DNA from: Podarcis muralis
Lineage: Eukaryota
Length of the DNA stretch: 64,000 nucleotides
Direction of reading: 5' to 3'
Assembly: GCF_964188315.1 (NCBI RefSeq)
Contig: NC_135657.1
Span: 55,242,001 to 55,306,000 of the forward strand
The translations under genes were made by a program, and so were the position numbers. Shown here piece after piece: positions 25,040 through 37,020 of the stretch (positions within the stretch are counted from its first letter, which is position 1; the number at the start of each line of letters is the position of its first letter). The notes beneath the pieces were generated by a model, which was given only the letters and a program-made list of their open reading frames with translations, was not told where the DNA came from and made no database searches.

Positions 25040-25782
25040 TAAAAAATTGTCCAGTAGCACCTTAGAGACCAACTAAGTTTGTTCTTGGCATAAGCTTTCA
25101 TGTGCATGCAGATACACTGAAACAGAAGTCACCAGACCCTTATATATAGTGGGAGGGTGGGGTGGGGGTTTTCCCAGGAGGGTAGTAGGAAATGAGTGAT
25201 TGACTCAATGGGTATGGTAAACCTGTTGACGACTGTTAAAGGTAAAGGTAAAGGGACCCCTGACCATTAGATCCAGTCGCGGACGACTCTGGGGTTGTGG
25301 CGCTCATCTTGCTTTATGTGGCCAGCATGACTAAGCTGCTTCTGGCGAACCAGAGCAGCGCACGGAAATGCTGTTTACCTTCCCACCAGAGCTGTACCTA
25401 TTTATCTACTTGCACTTTGATGTGCTTTTGAACTGCTAGGTTGGCAGGAGCAGGGACCGAGCAATGGGAGCTCACCCCATTGTGGAGATTCAAACCGCCG
25501 ACCTTCTGATTGGCAAGTTAACAACTGCAATTAGTCCTACAGGAAAAAGCAAGGGGTAGTATGCATCCAATATCTCTATGAAGACCAGGTCTCACCATAG
25601 TTTTCAGTTTAGTGATAAGTTGTAATTCAGCAACTTCTCTTTCAAGTTTGTTTCTGAAATTCTTTTGTAATAAGACAGCTGCTTTGAGATCCTGTATTGA
25701 ATGTCCTGGGAGATTAAAGTGTTCTCCTACTGGCTTGTCTGGCTTGTGATTCCTGATGTCAGATTTATGTCCATTTATCCTT
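25040..25782 (-). mobile_element. Penelope-like element 3' fragment (GIY-YIG C-terminus plus pLTR)
   Basis: Minus-strand translation RINGHKSDIRNHKPDKPVGEHFNLPGHSIQDLKAAVLLQKNFRNKLEREVAELQLITKLKT. Confidence 0.85.
25238..25517 (-). mobile_element. Sauria SINE, 5'-truncated and internally deleted, nested in the Penelope fragment
   Basis: Aligns to the 16357 copy. Confidence 0.9.
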
Positions 25783-26451
25783 AAGCCTTCTTAGTTGTAG
25801 CACCCTGGAATAAATGCCTTTCTGAAAGAAGCTCCCTGGAATAAATGCCTTTCCGAAAGAAGCTTGCTCCGTGTCAACCGTGATGTCATCCTAGAATCAG
25901 GTGGACACCTTTTTAAAAATAATTTGTCTGGGCATGTGATGTAAACTAGTTTTAATTCTGGTATTATATACTCTCTTGACTTCTGTTGATGTTCTGTTGG
26001 TTGATGTCAGTCAACAAGGCAGGTTCAGAGAAAGCGAGAGAGAACACAGCTCTAATTTTTCATATATATGCAGTCCTGAAACTCTTGCACTGAAGAGTGG
26101 CATAGAAATTTTCTAAAGAAACAAATATTGGTTTATTGATTTAGGTAATTTATAACCCACTCTTCATTAAAACTAGCCCTGGAGCAGAGTACAACATAAC
26201 CATATATAATACATAATAAAAGAAAGCAACCTGAAATATCAGACCACAACCACAACATTTCAAATTTAACAGGTATCATGAGAGTGACAAAACAGCTCCT
26301 GCAGTCAAATAACCAAATGCCTGAACAAATAAAAAAACAAAATTTAAAAGACACCTAAAATTCATTGCAGTTGGTAATGACTATCAGGGGTCAGATGGAA
26401 TCTGCCCAAGTTTATCTTATCAGAATTCCTAGCACAGCAGAAGGATTAGAT

Positions 26452-26587
26452 CAGACATAGGCAAACTCGGCCCTCCAAATGTTTTGAGACTACAACTCCC
26501 ATCATCCCTGATCACTGGTCCTGTTATTTAGGGATGATGGCAGTTGTAGTCCTAAAACATCTGGAGGGCTGAGTTTGCCTATGCCTG
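26452..26587. mobile_element. Palindromic hAT MITE, 136 bp
   Basis: Long inverted arms with ctacaactcccatc core; perfect 8-bp TSD gattagat. Degenerate relatives near 24806, 33335, 39754, 48113 and 48313. Confidence 0.9.
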
Positions 26588-27689
26588 GATTAGATAAACC
26601 AGAAAACTTCAACTCTTGGTGCCGGCAGGAGACAGATGGGAAAGAAGCAAAGCTTGCTGCAATTGCTTGCAAACCACACACATTTTAATAAGTGTATCTG
26701 ATGCAAAGCTTTATTAATGGTGAGAAAATACAATTGAAAAGGGATGACCATGTGCTGAAAACTTGCCAGGATTGGGCTCCAGGATTGGGTTAAAATGCAC
26801 CACCCTCAAAAAATTATATTCACTTTGTGATTATTAACATTTATTTATTCAAATATTGATATGCCACTGTTCATAAAACATATCTGTTTTGCTTGGGGTT
26901 TTATTTTTCCAAAGAAGGACCTCAACACTTGTTGACTATCAGAAAGCCACCGTTGTTGGGTTTGTGTGTCTTTGAAATACAGCAAGACAATGTTTCCCTA
27001 TCATTTGTAATGGTTTAATAGTGAGCAACAAGCATGGCTCTTTTCCCACAAAGAACAAAGGCCCTTGTTGGTATCCTTATCTCCCATCCACAAGGCTCCT
27101 CATCTGCAAGAAAACAAAAAACAAACAAGCAGAAAGCAATATTATTACAGGAGGAAGAAACCCAGAAACCACTGCAAAAAAGAAAACAAACACAAAAGCA
27201 TGTGAGCAAATGAACAAAAAAATGATAAACATGGAGATGGACAGAGACACAGAAGAACAAGCCAGGAAACAAGCCAAAGGATGAAAAGGAGGGACACAAT
27301 CCTCTGACCTACTAGGTCACACCTGCATGGGACATTTGAAGGGAATGTGTTTATGTCATTTCTAATGGCTTTAATGTCTTTGTCCTAAGAAGAGGCCTTT
27401 CTTCTGTGGTTCTGAGTGCAGCGTGTTAGTCTCACAACAGCTGTGTGAAGATATGTGAGGCTAAGATGTCGGGCCAGTTTTTACAGATGTACAAATATCA
27501 ACAGGTTTCTTCTCCATGTTGCGACTGCTCTCAGCCAAATGTGCTGTGCCGCGCTGTTAGGGATGCTGCAAGCATTTGGAAAGGGGTGCTCTAAAATGCA
27601 GATTTTCATATTACTCAGGGCATGGAGAGAGTGGATCGAGGAAAGCTTTCCTCCCTCTCTCACACCCCTAGAATGCATGGATATCCAAT

Positions 27690-28110
27690 GAAGTCAGATG
27701 CTGGAAGATTCAGCACAAATAAAAGCAAATGCTTCTTCACACAGCACAGTGAAACTTTGGAACTCACTGCCACAGGAGACAGAGGTGGCCCCCAACCTAG
27801 ATGGCTTTAAAAAGAGGATTAGACAAATTAATGGAGGAGAGGGCTATTCATGGCTACTAGCTAGGATGGCTATGCTCTTCCTCTACACTTAAGAGGCAGC
27901 AACGCTTCCTCTAATACCAGTTGTAGAAACCACAGGAGGGGAGAGCGCTCTTGTGCTTGGGTCCTGCTGGTGGGCATCTGTTTGGCCATTGCGATGCTGG
28001 ACTACTAGACAGGTTATTTGTTTGTTCAGATGTCCCTCTTGGAAAGCCCACATGCGTTTGCATGGCAAATGCAGCCTTGATTGTTGTCTGATGTGGAAGC
28101 AGTCAGGCTC
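27690..28110 (+). mobile_element. CR1 ORF2 end and 3' UTR
   Basis: FFTQHS-KLWNSLPQE...NLDGFKK, CR1 C-terminal motif with frameshifts. Confidence 0.75.
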
Positions 28111-28220
28111 ACCTCTGCTCACCTTGCAGCCACATGCCACAACCATTTGTGCCACTACCAGGGAAAAGGCCGTCTGATAGTCAGACAACTTGTGCTACTG
28201 TATGGGATGCAAGGTGGCAA

Positions 28221-28255
<35 letters not shown>

Positions 28256-28257
<2 letters not shown>

Positions 28258-28727
28258 ATATTTTCCCATGTATAAGACGATGCTTTTTGCTTTAAAAAAT
28301 TAAGCAAAAATTGGGTGTCGTCTTATACACAGAAAGCGAATGCAGGGGGGGCATGCGATTAATGGCAGCAGCAAGCAAGAGATTGGCAGTGGTGATGGGG
28401 TGGGTGATTGGTGGCTGTGGCAAGGCCTGCTGGTGATTGGCTGTGGCTGCGGCAATTGGGCAGGTGATTGGCGGCTGCGGCAAGTGTGCAAGTGGGCTGT
28501 TGGTGGCAATGAGCAGGCAGACAATTGGTGACTGCAGCGAGGTGTATGATTGGCAGTGGCTGTGGCAAGTGAACGGCAGTGGCAGGTAAGCGGGTGAGCG
28601 ATTGGCAGATGTGACCTTCCCCCACCCCACCCCAAAAAAGCTAAACAACTTAATTTCTTAATTTTGGGTTAAAAAAAAATAGGGGTCGTCTTATACATGG
28701 GGGTGTCTTATACACGGAAAAATACAG
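28256..28727. mobile_element. pogo/Tc2-type MITE, 472 bp
   Basis: TIRs ccatattttcccatgtataagac / gtcttatacacggaaaaatacag followed by TA; right end matches the end of the 55018 element over about 70 bp. Confidence 0.85.
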
Positions 28728-31700
28728 TATATCACATGTGTTTAATAATCATGAAGCAAGCATGATGAGATGGCTGTGCAATTTCTTTGGCTATGGTTGC
28801 ATGAAAGAACAAGGTTATTTGGAAGTCAAAGTCATTTTGAAACTGACTTCCTATGCAGTCTGCTTAAGAAGAGAACCCAAATCCTTTTAGCTGAATTCCA
28901 CTGGAATGGCTGTAGCCACAATTTCACTAGTTGTTGCTATAGAGTTTTAGGTCACTTTGTTTTTTTAACTACATTTTATTGATCTTCAGTTATAACAGGA
29001 CTGAACCACAATAATGTTATTACCAGTTCACCCCACTCCCCGAGGTACAAAGACAGCATTAAAGGATAGTGTATTGGAATCAAGACTTTATTTAATAAAA
29101 TGGATATACCACTTGATTGTTTTTAAAAGGGGGAAAGCCTCTACACAGTTTGCAGCTGTATAAAAGAGAACAAGGAAAAACTATTGATAAAAAGATAAAA
29201 CAGGAATTAAAAATATTCAGAAGGAGCTAAAGATAGCAGCAGCAGCAGCTAAAGAAACAAAATACATGTTTGGGTAGGCTTGCCTAAACAAAAATGTTTT
29301 AAGCAGGCACCAAGACTACAGTGAAGGTGCCAGCCTGATGTCAACAGGCAGGGAATTCCAAAGTGTAGGAGCTGCCACCATTTCTTACAAGTGTGGAATG
29401 GGTATTATGTGACATGTGTAACAGTGTCAGTTCAACGCTCTGTAAGAAATCTCTAGTCTGCCTCATAGAACTAAATGTATCATTACTTCCTCAGCCTTTG
29501 TCTTCTAAATCAGGGATGAGCAGCTCAACTTGATATTCAGGGTTTTCTAAAATCCATCATTTCCCAGGTGGATCCGACTCCAGCCTCAGGCACAAGATGG
29601 AAGCCGTTGCTGCAAGTGCTGCCAGAATGCGACAAAAATATATATGTAGAAATGTATCTGGTATCAAGATTTGTTAGCCCATGATTACATTATTGCTTAA
29701 TATATTGCATTATATTATGCTGTTCATATTTTATTTTACTCTTCTTGTAATTTTGTGTGGTGGTTCATTTTTAATTGTGGTTGCTATCGCTTTCTGGCTG
29801 AGACAATAAAATCTATATCAATTCCAAATCATAGTCCCTGTTGAATCTTCGCCTTGGCGTCAGACAGAAAACATATTTTTTGTTGTTTCCTGAGTGGCAT
29901 TTTTAAAAATGTCTTGGAAATTCTGATGCTGGGATTTCCAGCCCAGGAAGTATCTGTAATTGAGTTTTCCAACCTGTACTCAACATAGATTTTTATTTTT
30001 TATATGGCTGTTTTTGGTTTTTCTTCAACAATCAGGGTGTTTATTTAAAAATAACAAATAAGAGGCATTTAATTAACAGCCTTTCCTGTCTCTTCCAAAG
30101 GCTTTCTCCAAGTTTCAGGCTTCACTCCCTTTCTAAATTACTAGGATAGAACAATGGGTCATAATTAGAGCATGCACAGGACAGCTTATTAATAAAGAAC
30201 CCAATCTATTCTTTGCAGAACGCAGCAGGTCTGGCGGCCCTTTGTATAAGCACTGTGTGTACAGAAGAGGGCAGCATTATGTGGCATGTACTTCCCATGA
30301 GTGCAGTGATCTGGATATTATTGCACAGGTGCCAAAGCATGCAGGATTTTAAAGCACACTGCAGCCAACACTGAATAAATTGGGTCCTATCTGTGTGTGT
30401 GTCCCCTACTGTACACTGAAGCCTCTCGGTGACTTATAAAAGGATCAGAAATGCAAGAATTAAAATACATAAATGCATCTCATCAAGCAATCACTAAAAA
30501 AAAACACCACCCTGTATGTAACTGTATATAAGAAGAGATTTCCTCACACCAAGAATGTCAACTCCAATGATCTGTATCAAAACTGTCTACTGAGGGAAAG
30601 TGTTCTCTTTTAAACCCAAGCACTGTGTCACTGAAAACTAATAAAACACTAAAAGGCACTAAAACTGTGGGGCAGGGAGAGAGAAACCTATTTGAATGGC
30701 ACTGTAGCAGGGCTGCTACCAAAAAGGCCCTGTCTCTCATCACCACCCTCTGGATTCCACTCAAGAGGGCACTTTGAAGAGGTCCTCTGTAAATAATCTT
30801 AGGCACACATGTGAACCCATGACCCCATGAGTTCATGATTGCTGTTGATTTCTGCAGGAATAGCATGGAGGACTTGATCTCCTAGTCACCCACCACAGAC
30901 ACTACTACTAGCCTAGTGTATCTGAATGTACTAGCATGGCTTGTAGTGCCTGGGGGACCAACAAATGCAGGGAATTTCCATTATAATATCAGTCCAATTG
31001 AGAGTGCTAGTGATAACCAGCAACAGCTAGATTTTTTTCATATAAAAAATTGTGAAATATTTCCCATCAATATTGTTGAGTCCCTGGGTTGATCCATTGA
31101 ACTGCACCATTGATTCCACATGTATGAACCATACCCATACCCCACTCCCAGCCTTCCTCTCTGTGTACGAACCATTAATGGACCAATATTATATTCCACA
31201 TCTATGCACTCCTCCTGCATAGCCTGGAAACATGCCCATGATTCCTTAGGGCCGAAAAAGGAGCAACAGAAAAACAAATCCATGTGTTGGAAGCGGTCCT
31301 ACCACCTCACCCCTCCCCCTATAAGGCAGGGAGGCCATTGGAAGCAAGTGTCCTGTTTCACGCAACAGCTTCAGAAGTGCAGTGGATCTCTGACCCAAGG
31401 GGAGAGTTCAGGTTCGGGTGAAGAGCAAGGCAAAGTAACACTAGGGCTGGGACTAGTGTTGATGCCAAGTAAGGCACCCTGGACAGCTCCATGCTGGGCT
31501 CAAACTGCAGGCTCTACAACGGCTCCACTGAGCAGCCCACCTCATCACAGGCCCTTCTTTGTGTGCCTCCTTGAGAGGTCCAGAGGCTGGCAATACACAA
31601 ATAGGCCTTTTCTGTAGTTCTGGAATGCTCTCCCCAGGGAGGTTTGGCTGGCACCTTCAATATACATTATACACAAGATATGTCCCCTGTCAGATCATGT

Positions 31701-32137
31701 CACAGTGATGTCTGGAAATCCCCTTGTCTGAAAAAACACAATGGAAAGATACGGTTTTCTCATTGAAGGAAGCACACCCTGCCCCACCAGGAAAAAAGGA
31801 ATGGTATTGTAGCCAATGGAAAAGGAAGCACAAGGGGTGTGTGCATCTCATTTTCTGCAACCCAGCAACCAACTGCACAGTCTTGCTTGCAGTGCCTTAG
31901 GAACAGAGCTTTTCTGTGAAGAGGCTGGAGCTGGAAGTGAGCTGAGCACTCATGAAGAGAAGCAGAGCTCTGAACAGCAAACTTCTACCATTCTATAATA
32001 TTCATGAACTTTTCAGTACAGTTGGGGCCTCATTTGATTTTAATTCTAAATTACGTATTGAACTGCCTTGTATCCACCTACCTTTAAAGCACTTCCAAGA
32101 TCCTGGCCTATGATAGGACAGCCATAACTGATAACAA

Positions 32138-32311
32138 GGGGGAGAAGCACAGCTCAATAGCACAGCACCTGCTGTGCATGGTGAAGACCCCAGGTTGAAT
32201 CCCTGGCATCTCCAGCACCTGTCTGAATCCCTGGAGAGCCACTGCCACTCAATACAGGCAATACTGAGCCAAATGGATCCATTGTCTACATGGTTTAAGG
32301 CAGCTCCCCAT
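32138..32311 (+). mobile_element. tRNA-derived squamate SINE
   Basis: A/B-box-like head (agctcaatagcacagc...ggttgaatccctgg), same family as 1456. Confidence 0.7.
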
Positions 32312-32944
32312 GCCCCTAACTTCCTTCAGATGCAGATATACATGAATGCTAGTGCATATACTAGAGCTAGCAAGAAGTGAGACACAGTGCAGTTCATTTC
32401 TGACTGCCCATTTAGACTTTATTCTGACTGCCCATTTAGACTTTATTCATGCAAGCATCTTCTCATTACTTTCCTGAGACTTTTAAACAAAGTTTATAGC
32501 CATGCATTACTTGGGCCAAACTTAAATACTCGCTCTCTGTTTTCTGCTGCCAAACTGCAAACAGAGCTATTTCCCTGTTTACTTTCAGTTTAAGTGTTTG
32601 TGTTCCCTTCATGTTTAATCTTCTTTCTCTGGTGGTGCTCCTGAGTCATGTGTTAGGCTGCCTTATGGAGTTTCTCCATTAAACTATCAGGGCATGCATA
32701 CATACATAATTGTATGTGTATGCTGCCTTTCCACAGTTCAAAATATGCTCAAGGCGGCTTGCAACATGAGAAAATGCATAACTACAATGTAACAAAAGTA
32801 GACATAAACAATAAAGCATTAAAAAATACAAAACCAAACCAAACAATTTCCACATAAATCACAACACAATCTAAAATAAAATACTCATTTGTACTCTAAA
32901 TCCTGCAATTTTTTGACTGTGAAGATTACACACAAACAAAATTA

Positions 32945-33184
32945 CAGTGGTACCTTGGTTCCCGAACTCAATCCATTCTGGAAGTCTGTTCTACTTCCAA
33001 AATGTTCGAAAACCAAGGTGCGGCTTCTGATTGGCTGATTGGCCCCAGAAACAATGCCGACAGCCAAAATGGATGTTCGACTTCTGAAAAACATTCGCAA
33101 ACCGGAAGACTTACTTCCGGATTTGTGGCATTTGGGAGCTGACTTGTTCCTCAACTAAGCCATTTGGGAACCAGGGTACCACTG
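32945..33184. mobile_element. Tigger/mariner-like MITE, 240 bp
   Basis: TIRs cagtggtaccttggttccc / gggaaccagggtaccactg; TA TSD. Confidence 0.9.
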
Positions 33185-34989
33185 TATACAGATAAATAAA
33201 AGAGAAGAATATGTAACATTACATAGCTATTTATTATTAGACATATTTGAATCCTATCAGTGTTTCAAGTTGCTGAGGACAATATGCATGAGATAAACAA
33301 TCATTTTATTATATGGGGGAAGTCCCCTCAGGTGAGGGCAGCCTTTGCCAATCTGGTGACCTGCAAGTCCTTTAGACTACAACTCCCATCAACTTGACCT
33401 AGCATAGTTATGCTGTTTGGGGCTGATAGGAGTTGTAGTGCAAAACATCTAGGGTGTACTAAGTTGGCAAAGACTGACCTAGAGGTATTGGGTAATATCC
33501 AAAGCTCCCTCTCCTCAGATTTGTCTCTCCTCTGTAGCCCCCAACTCAACATCCAGAGGGTTGGGAGACTTTCAGGACCTACAAGGAGAGGAGATAGAAG
33601 TCCCATCATGTGAGTGGACTCCTTACATGCAGTGCTGGGTGCAACCTATGTTCCTACAGCAGGACTCAAGCCCTTCTCCTGGGCTCTCCATGCTGAGCCT
33701 GTACTTGCAGTACCATTGTAATTTGGACAGGTGGTGTAGTGCTATCATTACTGGGTTGTAAATTGTGCATGGAGTATAGAGCTGGGTGACTCCATGGTGT
33801 TGTTCAGCCACTGCTGCACACTGATTGGTGCATGGGTACTGTGAGCGCAGTGTCAGTGTGCAAAATCATGATTGGTGACAATAACTTCCAGGAATGCTGT
33901 GGGCATGTCTATCAGTGTTGCTATGTTGACTTGAGTTTCTTCTACTCTTGCAGTTTTGACCTTGTGGCAAAGGATGAAGATTATGTTGCACTGGTGTTAG
34001 CTACCATTATTGAGCCCTACGTTATAGATGAGCCACAGAATGGCCCATCCTTCTCTCAAATGCTAGGTGCTACTCTGGCTAGAATACAGCCATTATCAAA
34101 GCCCCCGCTCTCTTTCATAACCACTTCAGAAAATGCCTGCTCACACAATGTGAAAATGAAACTGAACTATACCAAGGTTTGTTGGAGGAATGTGAATCTA
34201 GATTCATTTTTTAAAGCCATTGACCAGCTCTCTTTAACATTACATTGCACTAAATGCAGAACTCTTCCATAATGTTTTTCTCCCTAACAAAATTGTCACT
34301 TGATTAGCCCTGGAAATTAATCTCAGCTTGCTGAAACACCCCCCTGTATATATTGAATAGCAGTTCTTGAGAAGGGACAAGAATGTAACTCAGTGCTTCT
34401 CCATATGCAGCCAATGTGCAGCTGGGTCGGAGCAGTTTCCGTGTTTTGGAAAGTGCACAGAAGATCAGTCACAATATTTTCTTTTCCTTCTGGGGTTGCT
34501 ACAATGAATATCCGCAGGCCTCTCACCACCACCTCCTCATCATCTGTAACATCAGGTAAAAAAATAACAGCATATCCATTTTCTGGTTGACTTGCCAGAG
34601 GCAGCTTCACAGATTTTGACTGTGTGAAACATCATGGTTATATTTGGATTTCCTACAGCTGATATGTAGCATATGGACATCGCACACATCTGCAACTGGT
34701 ACCACTGTATCAAGCAGTGTCGAATCGATTAAATTAAATAGTTTAAACTGAATTTCAAATAAATGTGCAATTAATTGTAACTGTTTGGAATTCTATTGTG
34801 TTGTTATTTTCCTTAGTGTACAATGCTTTTTGATAGGGTAGGGAGAACTGGGGATAAGTTGATGCAACTAAGGGTGGCCCGAAAAGCTTTGGGACCCACT
34901 GGACTAGGTGGACCGTACAGCATTCAGTCAAAGGCTGCCCCTGATGTCGTGTCTGGGGGGGGGGGGGTGGTCTGCTCTTTATTCCCCGG

Positions 34990-36330
34990 ATCCATCCCAG
35001 CAGTATAAGCTGCCGGACTTCTCAGGGTCGTCCGGGCTCCGGAGGCAGCTCCGCTTCCCGACACGGCCGCCCGCTGCGCTCGGACGCCCAAGTCCGAATC
35101 TAGCTCGGTTGCCAACCTCCCCACCGGAAAAAAGGCAGCTCTTCTCTCTTGCTTGGCCGAAACTTAGCCGTTTCCTCTCTCCGATATGAAACAAATAAAT
35201 GAGCAAATAAATCTGGAGCGGCTCCGCGCTCCCGCCACCTCGCCCGGGCGCTCACCTGGACGCGCGCGCGCCCCGCACAAACACGTGGCCCGCTGGCCTG
35301 CTCGCGGGGATCTTTTCAACGTGCCGCCTTCTCTCCTCCGGAAAACTCAGCCCAAGGGTGGGGGGGTGTAGGGGGGGGCCTCGTCTGGGCAACTCCCCCT
35401 CCCTCCTCCCCCGCTCGCCAGACAGCCTCCTCCCCCACCTCATCGGAATCTCCCCGGGGAGGGGGGAGGCGGCGCGTGGGGGGGGGCCGTGGGCGGCGGC
35501 GTGTGTGCGGGGGAGGGGGGCAGCGAGGAGTGAGTCACGCTCGGGAGAAGCGGGGAAACTCCAGCTGCTCTGCCGGGGCCAGCGCTGGCGGCAAGGCGCG
35601 TGCGCAGACTGAGGTCTGGGCTCTCCACCCTGCTCCTCCTTCTTCCCTTGCTTTGCTCCCTCTCTCTCCTTCCCCCCTCTCCCTCCCTCCCTCCCTCCCT
35701 TCCTCTCTCTCTCCCTGCCGGCTGGGTGCTGAAGTTGGGCGGATGGCAGCCCAGCAGCTCCGCTAGGGACCAGCGGCGCCAGCCTTTTTCGCCGGGATCG
35801 CTCAGGGCGGAGCGCGCACAGCCAGGCGGGGGCGGGTAAGACGCCGGAGCGCTTTCCCTTTGGCAATCTCGGCCGCGCACGGAGCCCCGGCCCCAAAATG
35901 TCTGCTTTTGGAGGGACCCAGATGCATGCAGGGGGGAATGGCGAGAGCTCGAGCGGGAGCCTGGCGAGGGGAGAGGGAGCTCCGCGCGGGCGGAGGGCGA
36001 CAGGGGGCGAGCGGGGGGGGGGGCTGGCGGCGCCTTCAGAGGTGCGCGCCTCCGGGTGTGTTGGGTGCCGGCGGGGGGGGGGGGATGTTGTTTCTCTCCA
36101 GTGATGCAGAAAGGGGTGGGGAGCGAGAGAGGCTCGCCGGGGTGTCTTCCCTGGACCGACTGCCACACGCACACACGGGGGCTGCAGATGGAGGAGAAGG
36201 ATGCTGCCGGGCTTGGCGAGCGAAGGCTTGGAAACCGAGCGAGTCAGGGAGGCAGAAGATGGGGTTGGGAAGAGGAGATTTTTTTTTCCCGGGTGGGTGG
36301 GGAGAAATTTCGTAAAAAGGGGTGTAGCGC
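34990..36330 (+). promoter_or_regulatory. CpG island promoter of an unidentified gene
   Basis: Very high GC and CpG density; CACGTG 35282-35287, TGAGTCA 35531-35537, NRF1-like GCGCGTGCGCA 35596-35606, GC boxes. Confidence 0.85.
35600..35835 (+). other. Putative non-coding first exon (start approximate) with short uORF MAAQQLR* at 35743-35766
   Basis: Splice donor ggcgg|gtaaga at 35835/35836 downstream of the promoter motifs. Confidence 0.45.
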
Positions 36331-36955
36331 TGAAAAGAGGGGTGGCAGAGCTCCTGAAAGGTGCACATGTCCGTTTTTCAGAGATGAGAAAACGCTGGGT
36401 GGTTTGGTTTGGTTTTGTAATTCCCTCAAATGCCTCCCGGAGAGGTATCTGGGTTGATTCCCTGAAAGTCTCCAGCCGATTCACACCCCTCAAATCTCTA
36501 ATGCATAAAGATCATTGCAACGTGTAGAGCCATTTAAGAAAAATGTTGTGGGGTTTTTTTAAGCGCTTCCAAATCTTGGATTAGAACTCTTTCCTTTTAA
36601 ATAATCAGCGACAACCCCTAACGGAATTTAACATGCCACCAATTTCAGAAAGAGGGAGGGGGTGAAAAGAGAAGAAACACCCGCTGAATCTCTAGTAGCT
36701 GCTTTGGTGTGAAGGGGACACCACGGAGGGATGGGAGGGGGGTGAGAGGGGGTGACAGACAGCCTCTTTGCCTTTCCTAGGGAGAGCCAGGCATGCTTCC
36801 CCCCTTTCTATACCAGGCAGAGCCTCTCCTGGCTGAACGCCACCCAGCCACCCTCTTCATGCATTCTGCGGCATCGGCAGGGGGGCTTGGACTTGGCCAG
36901 ATTCTTCTCCCCATTTCTGTGAAAATGTTGGGAGGGGGTTGAGATTGGAGGAAAG

Positions 36956-37018
<63 letters not shown>
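36956..37018. repeat. (CA)n(GA)n compound microsatellite
   Basis: Seen directly. Confidence 0.95.

Positions 37019-37020
<2 letters not shown>

Noticed and set aside
33832-34610. 146-aa plus-strand and 95-aa minus-strand ORFs upstream of the CpG island
   Set aside because: No motif I can assign. A faint GCILA resemblance to RT is too weak, so a BLASTX search would be needed.
35252-36493. 413-aa minus-strand ORF and other long overlapping ORFs in the CpG island
   Set aside because: Low-complexity Pro/Arg/Gly/Ala translations, as expected from stop-poor GC-rich DNA; no recognisable domain.
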